Source: a virus. From it: a stretch of DNA of 64,000 nucleotides. The notes under the pieces are model-generated. The model saw only the letters and a list, made by a program, of their open reading frames with translations. It had not been told where the DNA came from and ran no database searches. The stretch covers positions 1 through 64,000 of IMG/VR virus record IMGVR_UViG_3300047509_000088. One strand, given 5' to 3'. A program made the translations under genes and the position numbers. Shown piece after piece: positions 9,426-18,374 of the stretch; positions within the stretch are counted from its first letter, which is position 1, and the number at the start of each line of letters is the position of its first letter.

Positions 9426-9887
9426 ATGCCGATCACCAGCGCGAGCTTTAGGGGACAGTCCCCCGAATCGGCTGAACCCGAGGAGCGGGCCGCCGGCAAG
9501 AAGGTGACGATCAAGACTGGCAAGGGCAGTCCAAATATCACCTTCAAGAAGGGCGGCCTGCATCAATCGCTGAACGTGCCGGCGGATGAGACCATCCCGC
9601 CCGACAAGATGGCCGCCGCATTGGCCGGCGCACACGGCCCGCTGGCGAAGAAGCAGGCGGCACTGGCCAAGACCCTCTCTGGGATGAGAGACGATACTTC
9701 GCCCGAGATGCCGGCATCCCTGGCCAAGCTGCCGCCGGCATTGCGCGTGAAGGCGCTCGCCAAGAAACAGGCGGCTGCCAAGAAAGGGCCTGCGGCACGT
9801 ACACTGGGCGCAACGGCCGGCGCCATTCTGGTGCCGACGGCGGTTCTCGGAAGCAACAAGAAGAAGCGACAAGGAGGAACCAAGTGA
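9426..9887 (+). CDS. Basic Ala/Lys-rich putative internal head protein 1
   Basis: RBS AGGAGG; leader MPITSASFRG...EERA; KKGGLHQSLNVP...IP...AALAKTL basic motif. Confidence 0.65.
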   Translation: MPITSASFRGQSPESAEPEERAAGKKVTIKTGKGSPNITFKKGGLHQSLNVPADETIPPDKMAAALAGAHGPLAKKQAALAKTLSGMRDDTSPEMPASLAKLPPALRVKALAKKQAAAKKGPAARTLGATAGAILVPTAVLGSNKKKRQGGTK

Positions 9888-10222
9888 CGATCAAGAAGAG
9901 CGATTTCAAGGGCAAGCCCGAAGAGAGGGGCTGGTCGCCGGATGGCGGCGACGGCTCCGCAGGCAGCTCGACCGAAGATCTCCTCAAGGGCCTGGCGGCC
10001 GAGATGAACGACCCGGCGGCCAAGGGCGGCAACAACGCTCAGGGCGCGGTCGGCGACGGTTCCGGGAGCCCCCGGCGACACGGCGCGGCGCAGGCGGTTC
10101 CGGCCGGGAACGACGCCTCGACCGGCGCGGCTGGTCCGTTTCCAAAGGGCCCCGCCAATCAGCCTGGACCCTCGACGACGGGCGCCGGCTCGGGCAGCGC
10201 GACGGTCAAGAAGTACGGATGA
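9884..10222 (+). CDS. Gly-rich putative internal head protein 2
   Basis: GTGA overlap, RBS AAGGAGG; leader MTIKKSDFKG..EER. Confidence 0.65.
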   Translation: MTIKKSDFKGKPEERGWSPDGGDGSAGSSTEDLLKGLAAEMNDPAAKGGNNAQGAVGDGSGSPRRHGAAQAVPAGNDASTGAAGPFPKGPANQPGPSTTGAGSGSATVKKYG

Positions 10223-10461
10223 CCATCACGAAGTCGTCGTTCAGGGGACGGCGGCCAGTCGAGCAGCGGGCCGCGAACTCGGCCTCGACCGGAGCTGGCG
10301 GCGCCTTTCCGGGCAAGATGCCGGGTGAGCCGGGCGACGAAACAACCGGCGCCGGCAAGGGCAAGCGGACCCTCGAGAAGTACGCCGGCAAGGTCGCGGG
10401 CGCACCGCCAACCTTGACGACGCCCGGCGGCGCTCTGGGGAAGACCGGCGGGGGTCCGTGA
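10219..10461 (+). CDS. Gly-rich putative internal head protein 3
   Basis: ATGA overlap; leader MTITKSSFRG....EQR; shares ASTGA.G.FP and TTGAG.G..T..KY with the previous ORF. Confidence 0.65.
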   Translation: MTITKSSFRGRRPVEQRAANSASTGAGGAFPGKMPGEPGDETTGAGKGKRTLEKYAGKVAGAPPTLTTPGGALGKTGGGP

Positions 10462-10625
10462 TGTCGATCAAGACCGTCTGGTGGAGGCTCGCCTGGCGGT
10501 TGCCGGGGACGGGGTGGGCCAGGTTTGGTCGGATCGGAAGAACTCGCTGGCTGTATCCGCTCGATCTGCGAACCCTGGCGTTCAAGGGTCCGCTGGTCGA
10601 CGGCAGTCGGAGGTTGACCGGGTAG
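10461..10625 (+). CDS. Small Trp/Arg-rich hypothetical protein
   Basis: TGATG coupling; 54-aa ORF read manually. Confidence 0.4.
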   Translation: MSIKTVWWRLAWRLPGTGWARFGRIGRTRWLYPLDLRTLAFKGPLVDGSRRLTG

Positions 10626-10879
10626 TGGCCAAGCGGACCCCACCCCCAGCGACCCATCCTCATTTCCCTGTGGCCAAGCCGAAGGTCAGCCGGCAGGCTG
10701 GGCCGCCCCCGCCTTCAGTCAGCTCGTCACTTATCGCCGGCTGGCCAGGTGCTTCCAGTCAACTGGGCTCGTCCAGCGCGCCCGGTCAGCCGCCGCCCGT
10801 TCCGCCGGCCGCGAGCCAGATCTCCGGTCAGCCGGCCGAGCCCGGCAAGCAGCCCCCGCCGCGACCTCGACCCGGGTAA
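10625..10879 (+). CDS. Pro-rich hypothetical protein
   Basis: TAGTG coupling; low-complexity ORF. Confidence 0.4.
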   Translation: MAKRTPPPATHPHFPVAKPKVSRQAGPPPPSVSSSLIAGWPGASSQLGSSSAPGQPPPVPPAASQISGQPAEPGKQPPPRPRPG

Positions 10880-10882
10880 GAG

Positions 10883-11113
10883 ATGCCCTTCCCGGAGTTG
10901 GTCTCGATCCCGAACCCGGGTGAGCCGGCGGAATGCTCGATCCCGGAATGCCCGCGCTGTCGGGCGGAGGGTCGGGGGAGCCAGCCGCTATGGATGCCAA
11001 CCTACTCCGGGATGGGGCACGCGGCCTGTCGAAGGTGTAGGTTGATCGTCAGCGATGACGGTTTCTATTGGTGGAATGGCCAGGTCGGCGCCTGGCGTCT
11101 GATCGGGAGATAG
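10883..11113 (+). CDS. Small Cys-rich (Zn-ribbon-like) protein
   Basis: CPRC and CRRC pairs. Confidence 0.5.
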   Translation: MPFPELVSIPNPGEPAECSIPECPRCRAEGRGSQPLWMPTYSGMGHAACRRCRLIVSDDGFYWWNGQVGAWRLIGR

Positions 11114-11118
11114 GGGAT

Positions 11119-11289
11119 ATGTGGACAGCAAGCGTGGTGTTCATGGCGATTTCGGCGGTCCTGCTCTTGCTTGCGGCACTGGCGACCATCTGGCCCCACT
11201 CGAAGCAGCCGGTCGCGGGCTGGTTCGGGTTGTTCTTCCTGTCCCTGTCACTTCTGGTCCAGATGGCGCATCCGTTCGGCTGGGTCTGA
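11119..11289 (+). CDS. Small two-TM membrane protein
   Basis: Two hydrophobic segments. Confidence 0.55.
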   Translation: MWTASVVFMAISAVLLLLAALATIWPHSKQPVAGWFGLFFLSLSLLVQMAHPFGWV

Positions 11290-11292
11290 TCG

Positions 11293-11460
11293 ATGGCGGA
11301 TTCGGTCGTCTTCACCTCCGATCTGACCGGAGCGACATTTGACTGCGCCACGCATACGCGAACCGAGTGGCCGGACCGGGCGACCGGCCAGACGATCTCG
11401 GTGACCGAGGCACAGGCCACGGAGTTGATCGCGATTGGATTGGCGACTGACGCCTCGTAA
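11293..11460 (+). CDS. Small virion-associated protein (GQTISV..AQA..LI..G.A motif)
   Basis: 55-aa ORF read manually; motif shared with the ORFs at 13681 and 14112. Confidence 0.55.
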   Translation: MADSVVFTSDLTGATFDCATHTRTEWPDRATGQTISVTEAQATELIAIGLATDAS

Positions 11461-11463
11461 GGC

Positions 11464-11994
11464 GTGAAGCACCTCCAGTGGCAGCCTAAGTCGGTTGACG
11501 GCGTCGGTCCGCCCATCCGGACGTCTATAACCGATACCGAGGCATCCCGTCTGCGTGATCTGGCTCGCGACGGGCACGTCCTGGAGATCGGTTCGGCCTT
11601 CGGGTATTCGACCGTCGTGATGGCCCAAACTGCAATTGATGTGACGTCGATTGATCCGCACATTGCGCTGGAGAGCCGGGAGATCCTCCGCAGTAACCTC
11701 CAACTGTATGGCGTTGCCCACAAGGTTACGTGTGTGGTCCACTATTCATGGGACATACTGCCCCTCCTACCTCCGGGATTGTTCGACCTCGTGTTCATCG
11801 ACGGCGACCACTCCGAGGCGGCGGTCTGGCGGGACATCGCGTTATCGCTTCCGCTGATCAAGCTGGGCGGTCATATCGCCTGCCACGACTACGACGAGGA
11901 CACCTGTCCAGGCATTAAGCCGCCCTGCGATCAGCTCTTGCCGGGCGGGGTTCTGACGGATACCCTCTGGGCCTGGAGGCGAGATGCAGGCTAG
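11464..11994 (+). CDS. Class I SAM-dependent methyltransferase (Methyltransf_24-like)
   Basis: VLEIGSAFGYST, FDLVFIDGDH, GG.IACHDY. Confidence 0.9.
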   Translation: MKHLQWQPKSVDGVGPPIRTSITDTEASRLRDLARDGHVLEIGSAFGYSTVVMAQTAIDVTSIDPHIALESREILRSNLQLYGVAHKVTCVVHYSWDILPLLPPGLFDLVFIDGDHSEAAVWRDIALSLPLIKLGGHIACHDYDEDTCPGIKPPCDQLLPGGVLTDTLWAWRRDAG

Positions 11995-12580
11995 GCCCCT
12001 TGTCTCGGTTATAACACCCACCTGGAATAGACACCATCTACTATTGGAGAGGTGTATACCGTCTGTCGAGAACCAGACCTATCTGACGTGGGAACATATA
12101 GTCATCTCGGACGGTCCCGATCCAGAGCTTGAGATGATCCTCCGGCAGAAGTCGATGGTCATGTTCAATCAGATGTCGTACCACGACCCGGGTGTTTTGT
12201 GGGGTAACCGTGCCCGGATCAAGGGCGAGGAGATGGCGATGGGTGAGATCATCGCCCACCTCGATGACGACAATTCGTGGAGACCTCAGCACCTTGAGCT
12301 GCTGGTCGACAAGCTCATGGACACCGGAGCCGACTTCGTTTATTCGAGGATGGTCCGTCACCCGAATGAAGATGAGATCGGCGCCTCGCCTCCCAGGTAT
12401 GCGCAATTGGACACGTCGCTGCTGGTACACAGGCGCGAACTCCTGATTTTGGCGGACTGGATTCCTCATCCTGAGCGCCGAGATCCGGACTGGGAGCTGG
12501 TCGAGAGGTGGATCAACGGCGGCGCGACCTGGGCGTACGTCCCACAAGTGACGGTCGATTACTACATGCCAGGATACTGA
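11984..12580 (+). CDS. Glycosyltransferase family 2
   Basis: LVSVITPTWNR, IVISDG, IAHLDDD, DWEL. Confidence 0.9.
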   Translation: MQARPLVSVITPTWNRHHLLLERCIPSVENQTYLTWEHIVISDGPDPELEMILRQKSMVMFNQMSYHDPGVLWGNRARIKGEEMAMGEIIAHLDDDNSWRPQHLELLVDKLMDTGADFVYSRMVRHPNEDEIGASPPRYAQLDTSLLVHRRELLILADWIPHPERRDPDWELVERWINGGATWAYVPQVTVDYYMPGY

Positions 12581-12588
12581 TTGTGGAC

Positions 12589-12675
12589 ATGACGTGCGGT
12601 TCCTGCCAGGGCGGAGATCATCAGTGTGATCATGACGGTTGTTCGTGCGTGAAGTGCAATCCGGAGAAGTTGTAA
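12589..12675 (+). CDS. 28-aa Cys/His-rich micropeptide (MTCGSCQGGDHQCDHDGCSCVKCNPEKL)
   Basis: Fills the gap between two GT genes; 6 Cys and 2 His. Confidence 0.5.
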   Translation: MTCGSCQGGDHQCDHDGCSCVKCNPEKL

Positions 12676-12676
12676 C

Positions 12677-13672
12677 TTGAGATTACACTTGCTTTGGGAT
12701 GGGGCCGCCTGCGGTCGTATCCGTATTCTCCAGCCGGCCGAGCAATTGAAGCTGCACGGCCATGACGTGACGACGTCGGTTGACTGGGAATCCGGCAAGG
12801 AGAACATCCTTTCGTCGAAGATCCTGGTCGGCCAGCGATTGTCCCGATTAGAGGGCGCCGAACTCTGGCGATCCCTTAAGCCGGGTCGTCAATTGGTGTA
12901 CGAATTGGACGACGACTTCTGGCATATCGATCCATCGAACCTGGGCGCCTATTTACGGCATGGCGTCACTCATCAGTTCGCGATGGAAACCATAATCGAA
13001 CAATCCGACCTGGTAACCGTCTCGACTTATCCACTGGCCGAGGTCGTACGGCCCCACAACTCGAATGTCCGCGTCCTGCCGAACTGTATAGACGGTCGAA
13101 TTCTCGATATGGTCAGGCCCCGCCATCCCGACAAGATTGTCATAGGCTGGGCTGGCGGGGATTCGCACGTCCGTGATTTGGCGCTCGTCATCCCAACGCT
13201 CCGCCGTTTGCTCAATCAGAATAGAAACGTCGAGTTTCACACGATCGGCGCCGACTTTTTAACGCTGTTCAAGGTCCCGGGCAGGCATACGCCCTGGCAA
13301 GAGGATCTGTTTGATCTTTACAGGGCGATGGATTTCGATATCGCAATTGCCCCGTTGACGAATACGATCTTCAATCAGTCAAAATCGGGGATCAAGGCGA
13401 TGGAAGCAATGGCGCTCGGGATTCCGGTAGTAGCGTCAGACGTCGAACCCTACCGGGGCGTAGTGAAGGACGGCATAACTGGCTTCCTCGTCCGTGAACG
13501 CCACAAGTGGATGGGCAAGCTCCGCGAACTGATCAACGACCCTGATCTGCGCGAACGAATGGGCCAAGCCGGCAAGCGGGCCGCAGGCAAGATGACCATT
13601 CAGACTGGCTGGAAGGGGTGGGAGGACGCATACGCAAGTCTTTTCACCAAGTCGGAATCGGGTGTAGTCTAG
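12677..13672 (+). CDS. Glycosyltransferase family 4 (GT-B)
   Basis: YELDDD, IGWAG, DIAIAPL..TIFN.SKS.IK.MEAMALGIPVVAS. Confidence 0.9.
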   Translation: MRLHLLWDGAACGRIRILQPAEQLKLHGHDVTTSVDWESGKENILSSKILVGQRLSRLEGAELWRSLKPGRQLVYELDDDFWHIDPSNLGAYLRHGVTHQFAMETIIEQSDLVTVSTYPLAEVVRPHNSNVRVLPNCIDGRILDMVRPRHPDKIVIGWAGGDSHVRDLALVIPTLRRLLNQNRNVEFHTIGADFLTLFKVPGRHTPWQEDLFDLYRAMDFDIAIAPLTNTIFNQSKSGIKAMEAMALGIPVVASDVEPYRGVVKDGITGFLVRERHKWMGKLRELINDPDLRERMGQAGKRAAGKMTIQTGWKGWEDAYASLFTKSESGVV

Positions 13673-13680
13673 GGGTCATC

Positions 13681-14115
13681 ATGCTTTGTAGGATGGTAGT
13701 AGACATCCAAGGGTTCACGGTTCGAAGTGACGGCTCGACGTTCGAGTATCCGAAGCGCGGCCAGACGGTCGATCTGCCGTACGAGGATGCGGTCGGCCTG
13801 ATCGCTCAGGGATATGCCGTCCCGGTACCGACCCGGAACGTGGCCGAGACCACCCGTCGGCCGGCGGACGACGCTGAATACCGGATGGTCTCCGCAGCCC
13901 AGGTGATCGCACGGCCCGAGCATCAGGAGCCGGTCGCGATCCCGTCCAAGCCGGCCGAGCCACCCGTTCAGCCGATCGAGTCGGCTGCGTCCATTCAGCC
14001 GGCTGTTCAGCCGGCCGCTCAAGTCGCGGCTCCAGTCCAACCAGTTGAACCCGAGGCCAGACGTGGGCCCGGCCGCCCGCGCAAGTATCCAAGACCAGGA
14101 GAGATGGGGCGATGA
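13681..14115 (+). CDS. Virion-associated protein with C-terminal AT-hook-like motif
   Basis: GQTVDLP.EDA..LIAQGYA; RRGPGRPRK. Confidence 0.6.
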   Translation: MLCRMVVDIQGFTVRSDGSTFEYPKRGQTVDLPYEDAVGLIAQGYAVPVPTRNVAETTRRPADDAEYRMVSAAQVIARPEHQEPVAIPSKPAEPPVQPIESAASIQPAVQPAAQVAAPVQPVEPEARRGPGRPRKYPRPGEMGR

Positions 14116-14327
14116 CGAAGGTACGTATGGCAACCGATCTCATGGGCCACTGGGCTGACGAGAATGGCGCTCACCACGAGTGGCCGGCGCATGGCTCAGA
14201 GGTCACTCTTCCTGACGACCTGGCGGATGAGGTGATCCGGCTGGGGCACGCGGTCAAGGTCCGGCCACCGCAGCACGCGAAGGCCGTCGCCGCTGATCCG
14301 GTCAAGAAGGTTGTCGACAAGGCGTGA
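14112..14327 (+). CDS. Small virion-associated protein
   Basis: GSEVTLPDDLA..VIRLGHA motif; ATGA overlap. Confidence 0.6.
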   Translation: MTKVRMATDLMGHWADENGAHHEWPAHGSEVTLPDDLADEVIRLGHAVKVRPPQHAKAVAADPVKKVVDKA

Positions 14328-14935
14328 TGGGCGGTCTGGCCCTGTTCGCGGCCCCGCTCGTCGAACCGGTGTCGCTGGACGATCTTAAGGATCATCTCCG
14401 TATAACCGATTCGTCCGAGGATGAGCTGGTCACGGGCTATGGAGTCTCGGCCCGACAGACCCTTGAGGCGGACCGCTACCCCGGTCTCGGGATCTCCCTG
14501 ATCACGCAGACCTGGGATCTGTTCCTCGACTCGTGGCCGTCAGGCGTCGATCCGATCATCTTTCCCAAGCCGCCGCTCCAGACCGTCACGTCTGTGAGCT
14601 GGTTCGATTTGGCCAACAATGAAACTGTTCTCGACGTCTCGACCTACCGGGTGGACAATACCGTTCAGCCGGGCGAGGGCGTGAGCATGGCCAGGATCTT
14701 TCCGGTATCAGGGTGGCCGGGCGTCTCCTTGAGACAGGCGAATGGGGTCAAGGTTCGCGGTGTGGCTGGTTTCGGGGATGTACCGACCACCGTTCCGATG
14801 TCGCTGGTCCTGGCGATCAAGATGTTGACCGGAACGTTCTACGAGTTTCGTGAGGCGTCGTCCGAGGTGGCGGCCAAGTGTCTGCCGTACAGTTTCGACA
14901 CCTTGACCGGGCTGTATCGCCGAGATGGTACGTGA
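14327..14935 (+). CDS. Head-tail connector (gp6/gp15-like adaptor)
   Basis: EPVSLDDLKDHLRI, LITQTW, PLQTVTSV, VP..L.LAIKML....YE.RE. Confidence 0.9.
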   Translation: MGGLALFAAPLVEPVSLDDLKDHLRITDSSEDELVTGYGVSARQTLEADRYPGLGISLITQTWDLFLDSWPSGVDPIIFPKPPLQTVTSVSWFDLANNETVLDVSTYRVDNTVQPGEGVSMARIFPVSGWPGVSLRQANGVKVRGVAGFGDVPTTVPMSLVLAIKMLTGTFYEFREASSEVAAKCLPYSFDTLTGLYRRDGT

Positions 14936-15291
14936 TGGCAGTCCAGGCCGGCAAGTACAGGCATCTGGTGCGATTGCAAAAGCAGGTGTTCACGCCAGAC
15001 AACCAGGGCGGCTACACGAACGCTTGGACGGAGATCGATGAGGTCCACGCTGAGGTCATACAGGGCGGTGGCACCGAGATCCTGCACGCCGGCCAGTTGG
15101 AGACGGTCGGCACCTATCAGGTCAAGATGCGGTGGCGGAAAGACTTCACGCCGGCACAGCGCCTTATCTGGGAAGATGGCGACGAGTCCCGAATCCTCGA
15201 TGTGACCTCGGCTAGCTCGGACGGGAAACGCCGCGAGTTGACGCTGGGCTGTATAGAAAGGACGCCGGGGCCGGGGCCGGTCGGGTCGTAG
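14935..15291 (+). CDS. Head-tail adaptor/stopper (SPP1 gp16-like)
   Basis: AGKYRHLVRLQ, D.QGGY...W, ELTLGC. Confidence 0.85.
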   Translation: MAVQAGKYRHLVRLQKQVFTPDNQGGYTNAWTEIDEVHAEVIQGGGTEILHAGQLETVGTYQVKMRWRKDFTPAQRLIWEDGDESRILDVTSASSDGKRRELTLGCIERTPGPGPVGS

Positions 15292-15292
15292 G

Positions 15293-15535
15293 ATGAAGCC
15301 GATCAGAACCGTCAAATCGAACATGACCTACATCGGCCCGACGCCGAACATTGGCGATTTGCCGTGCGAGCGCGTCCCGCCGGATGAGGTCAACTCGACC
15401 TGGGCATTCGACGCCAAAGAGCGGGACGCGATTGCGCGCGGCGCCAATTTGGAGCTATCGATCCTGGGCGAGCCGATCCCGCCGGTTGGGCTGCGTCTCA
15501 CCTGGGATAGAGAGATAGTTGAAGGACAGCGATGA
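15293..15535 (+). CDS. Hypothetical protein
   Basis: GDLP...S.W....ER.AIA.GA...L.ILG...PPV; tightly packed in the operon. Confidence 0.6.
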   Translation: MKPIRTVKSNMTYIGPTPNIGDLPCERVPPDEVNSTWAFDAKERDAIARGANLELSILGEPIPPVGLRLTWDREIVEGQR

Positions 15536-15768
15536 ATGCAATACGACGGTCGAGAGAGGTCTGGGTCGCCACGGAGGTGGTCGAACAATTCCTGGAGTCC
15601 GACGGATTCAAGCCGCCGCATCGCGTTGTCAGTGGAATCGACCCTGAGGCCAGGATCATTGGAGTTCGGATGGTCAACAAGGATATGATCGCCGTGGTGT
15701 ACGACCGCCCCGTCCATGAGCCGAGCTTCGAGATGATCAACCACTGGCCGGTAGCGGATGTCGTCTGA
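15532..15768 (+). CDS. Hypothetical protein
   Basis: ATGA-coupled ORF. Confidence 0.5.
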   Translation: MNAIRRSREVWVATEVVEQFLESDGFKPPHRVVSGIDPEARIIGVRMVNKDMIAVVYDRPVHEPSFEMINHWPVADVV

Positions 15769-16186
15769 CCGGTCCGCCATTGGCGTCGTGCAGGCGTCGG
15801 TCTATCAGTACCTCCACGCCGACACGACCCTGATGGCGCTGGCGCCGGTATTCGATCAGGTTCCCCAGGGTCAACCCTACCCGTACCTGGAGATCACCGA
15901 CTTGGTCGAGACTTTGGACGATACGATCGGCGAGCAGGGGAGATCGATCACGGTCACCATCTCGGCCTGGGACCAGACGCCCGGCTACAAATTGCTCGAA
16001 CAGATCCTCGACAATCTCATAAGGTTGCTGGACGAGGGCCTCATCCCGACCGTCTCCGGCTCAGGCTGGACAATTTGGAACAACATCTACGTCCGGGGGG
16101 AAGTGAGCAAACTACCAGACGGGATCACCCGACAGGTGATGACCGAGACACAGATCATGGTCACCAAGGACGACCTGAGTGAATAA
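15758..16186 (+). CDS. Tail terminator/completion protein (DUF3168-like)
   Basis: Q.SVY..L..D..L, VFDQVP..QPYPY, DGITR. Confidence 0.8.
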   Translation: MSSDRSAIGVVQASVYQYLHADTTLMALAPVFDQVPQGQPYPYLEITDLVETLDDTIGEQGRSITVTISAWDQTPGYKLLEQILDNLIRLLDEGLIPTVSGSGWTIWNNIYVRGEVSKLPDGITRQVMTETQIMVTKDDLSE

Positions 16187-16562
16187 TCAACTGCCCGACC
16201 TGAGCGATCACATCGTCAGCGTCGACCTCGATCTCGGGGATGGCCACTATCTTGCCTGGACAACTCAGGCTTTGTATGACGATACGGGCAAGGTAAAGGA
16301 GGATGAAGACGGACAGAGGATCACGGACGAAAGAGGTCCGATCGGTGCCATTATTTGTCATCGCCGCCCGTCGGGCGGTTGGTGCGCGGCTGGCATTACG
16401 TTCGATGTCTCGTACCTACATGAAGGGTACCGGACCCGAGGCGGACAGCCGGTCCCGCTTTGGAAGATCGAGTCCCTGGACCCGCTGACCTTGAGTCCGA
16501 GCCTGCTTTGTCACTGCCGTGACCACGGATTCATTAAAGAGGGCAGGTGGATTCGTGCTTGA
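16179..16562 (+). CDS. DUF6527-like Cys/His protein, paralog 1
   Basis: PLTLSPSLLC..CRDHGFIKEGRW. Confidence 0.6.
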   Translation: MNNQLPDLSDHIVSVDLDLGDGHYLAWTTQALYDDTGKVKEDEDGQRITDERGPIGAIICHRRPSGGWCAAGITFDVSYLHEGYRTRGGQPVPLWKIESLDPLTLSPSLLCHCRDHGFIKEGRWIRA

Positions 16563-16833
16563 GAACTATCCCGAGAACCTGCCTGGCGTGATTGACCTGG
16601 GCGACCGTCACTTCGCGCTTCTGGTTCAGAACGATTCAACGATGACCTTCCTCTGGTGGCATGACTGCCCGGTCGACCAGACCTGGAACTGGATCGGCCA
16701 GGTGGGTGCGATGCAGTCGGGCCACGTTATCCGATATAACGATCCACTTTCCGTAGAAGGGTCACTGCTCTGTCCAAGAGGCTGCGGGGATCATGGATTC
16801 ATAACTGTGGGAAGATGGGTGGCGGCGGCATGA
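16555..16833 (+). CDS. DUF6527-like Cys/His protein, paralog 2
   Basis: PLSVEGSLLC...CGDHGFITVGRW; shares DLGD.H with paralog 1. Confidence 0.6.
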   Translation: MLENYPENLPGVIDLGDRHFALLVQNDSTMTFLWWHDCPVDQTWNWIGQVGAMQSGHVIRYNDPLSVEGSLLCPRGCGDHGFITVGRWVAAA

Positions 16834-16930
16834 ATCCCTGGGCGGTCGTCGGGCTTGTGGCTGGCGGGGTTGCGCTAGGATTCATCGGCTGCTATGCCTG
16901 GCTTGGCTGGACGTTTCGGAATATATTGAG

Positions 16931-17167
16931 ATGACCGGCCGGTACGAGCTAATCGACGATCAGCCGCCCGAGCATCAGTGTCATCTTCCGGGCTGGTTCA
17001 GCAGACGGTGGCATTCCGCCGGAGTCGGATCAATCTGGCGGTGCGGCGTCTGCGGCCGGCGGTACATGTGGCGGGTTCCACATCTCGGCGTGACGCCGGA
17101 GTGGTGGGACATGAACTCGCACAACTTCCTCCACTATGGCCCCTATTCGCAGAGGATCGTACCGTGA
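16931..17167 (+). CDS. Small Zn-finger-like protein
   Basis: HQC.LP...GSIWRC.VCG. Confidence 0.5.
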   Translation: MTGRYELIDDQPPEHQCHLPGWFSRRWHSAGVGSIWRCGVCGRRYMWRVPHLGVTPEWWDMNSHNFLHYGPYSQRIVP

Positions 17168-17376
17168 ACGAGACGAGAGAGACGACAACCAAGACGATCA
17201 CTGTCAGTCGGTCAGCGATCAATGGTCATCACCTGGTCGTAGCCGATATCCTGGGCTTCGCGGACGAACTCAAGAAAGCCGGTGTCCCGGGGAACGAGAT
17301 AGTCGTGGTGGAGACGTCGTTCGAGACGCTACACCCAATCAGGCTTCGTGTGCGTTGGGCCGAGGACGTATCGTGA
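17164..17376 (+). CDS. Hypothetical protein
   Basis: GTGA-coupled ORF. Confidence 0.45.
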   Translation: MNETRETTTKTITVSRSAINGHHLVVADILGFADELKKAGVPGNEIVVVETSFETLHPIRLRVRWAEDVS

Positions 17377-18374
17377 GCAAGCTCCGGATTCTGTTCGTCG
17401 ATACAGCCGTCGAGATCTCAATCGCCGACTCGGCTCGCGGCTATCTGGCCGCCCTGAAGAGGCAGGGTCACGACGTCCACCACTTCAAGACGTCCTCACG
17501 GATTCGGTTCGCGGCCACTGCCCTCCAACATGGCCCTCAACCCGACCTGGTGAAGGACTTCGGTCTGATATCCCAGTTGGCCAGCGAGATGATCGTCGTT
17601 GAAGCCCTCAAACATCGGGCCGACTTGATAATCGTTCCCTCCGGGCTGGGTCTGCACCAGAACGGTCTTGAGCTGGCGACTCGGGCGGGGTTCCCGATCG
17701 TCCTGATCCTCACAGAAAGTCCGTACGAAGACGGCCACCAGGAGAAGGCAGCCCGACACTCAGCGCATGTCTTTACGAACGACCTTTCATCTGCGATGAC
17801 CCACCCGGACTGGAGATATCTCGCATCTGCGTATGATCCGGAGTATCACCATCCCTATCCGGTTGATCCGGATAGTCAGGCGGATGTCCTGTTCGTCGGC
17901 ACCGGCTGGCCAGAGCGTCAGGCCCTACTGGAGGGTGTGGACTGGACCGGAATCAATCTCCGTCTGATGGGCACCTGGCCTAACCTGACTGATGAGAGTC
18001 CACTCTGGCCCTTTTTCGAAGACGTCCAGGTCAACAACTCTGAAACTTCCCGACTTTACTCTTCAACAAAAGTAGCAGTCAACCATCATCGATCTGACCC
18101 GAAAGCCATGTCCCTCAACCCCCGAGGATATGAGTTGGGAGGGTGCGGCGTCTTTCAGATATCGGACTGGCGGCCGGAGATCGAGGACGTCTATCGAGAC
18201 GCCGTTCCGATCTATCACGACTCAAAGAGCCTTGAGCAGACGATTCGATTTGCGCTCGACAATCCCCGAGCCAGGACGCGAACGGCCAATCGTCAAAGGG
18301 AACGCCTACTTGAGGGCAGGCATACCTTCGATGATCGTGCCGCTCAGTTGATAGACCAACTTGTGACGGCATGA
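17373..18374 (+). CDS. CgeB-like glycosyltransferase (Glyco_trans_1_2)
   Basis: TESPYED, DVLFVGT.WPER, LNPR.YE.GGCG.FQISD.R.E, HTF.DRA. Confidence 0.85.
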   Translation: MSKLRILFVDTAVEISIADSARGYLAALKRQGHDVHHFKTSSRIRFAATALQHGPQPDLVKDFGLISQLASEMIVVEALKHRADLIIVPSGLGLHQNGLELATRAGFPIVLILTESPYEDGHQEKAARHSAHVFTNDLSSAMTHPDWRYLASAYDPEYHHPYPVDPDSQADVLFVGTGWPERQALLEGVDWTGINLRLMGTWPNLTDESPLWPFFEDVQVNNSETSRLYSSTKVAVNHHRSDPKAMSLNPRGYELGGCGVFQISDWRPEIEDVYRDAVPIYHDSKSLEQTIRFALDNPRARTRTANRQRERLLEGRHTFDDRAAQLIDQLVTA

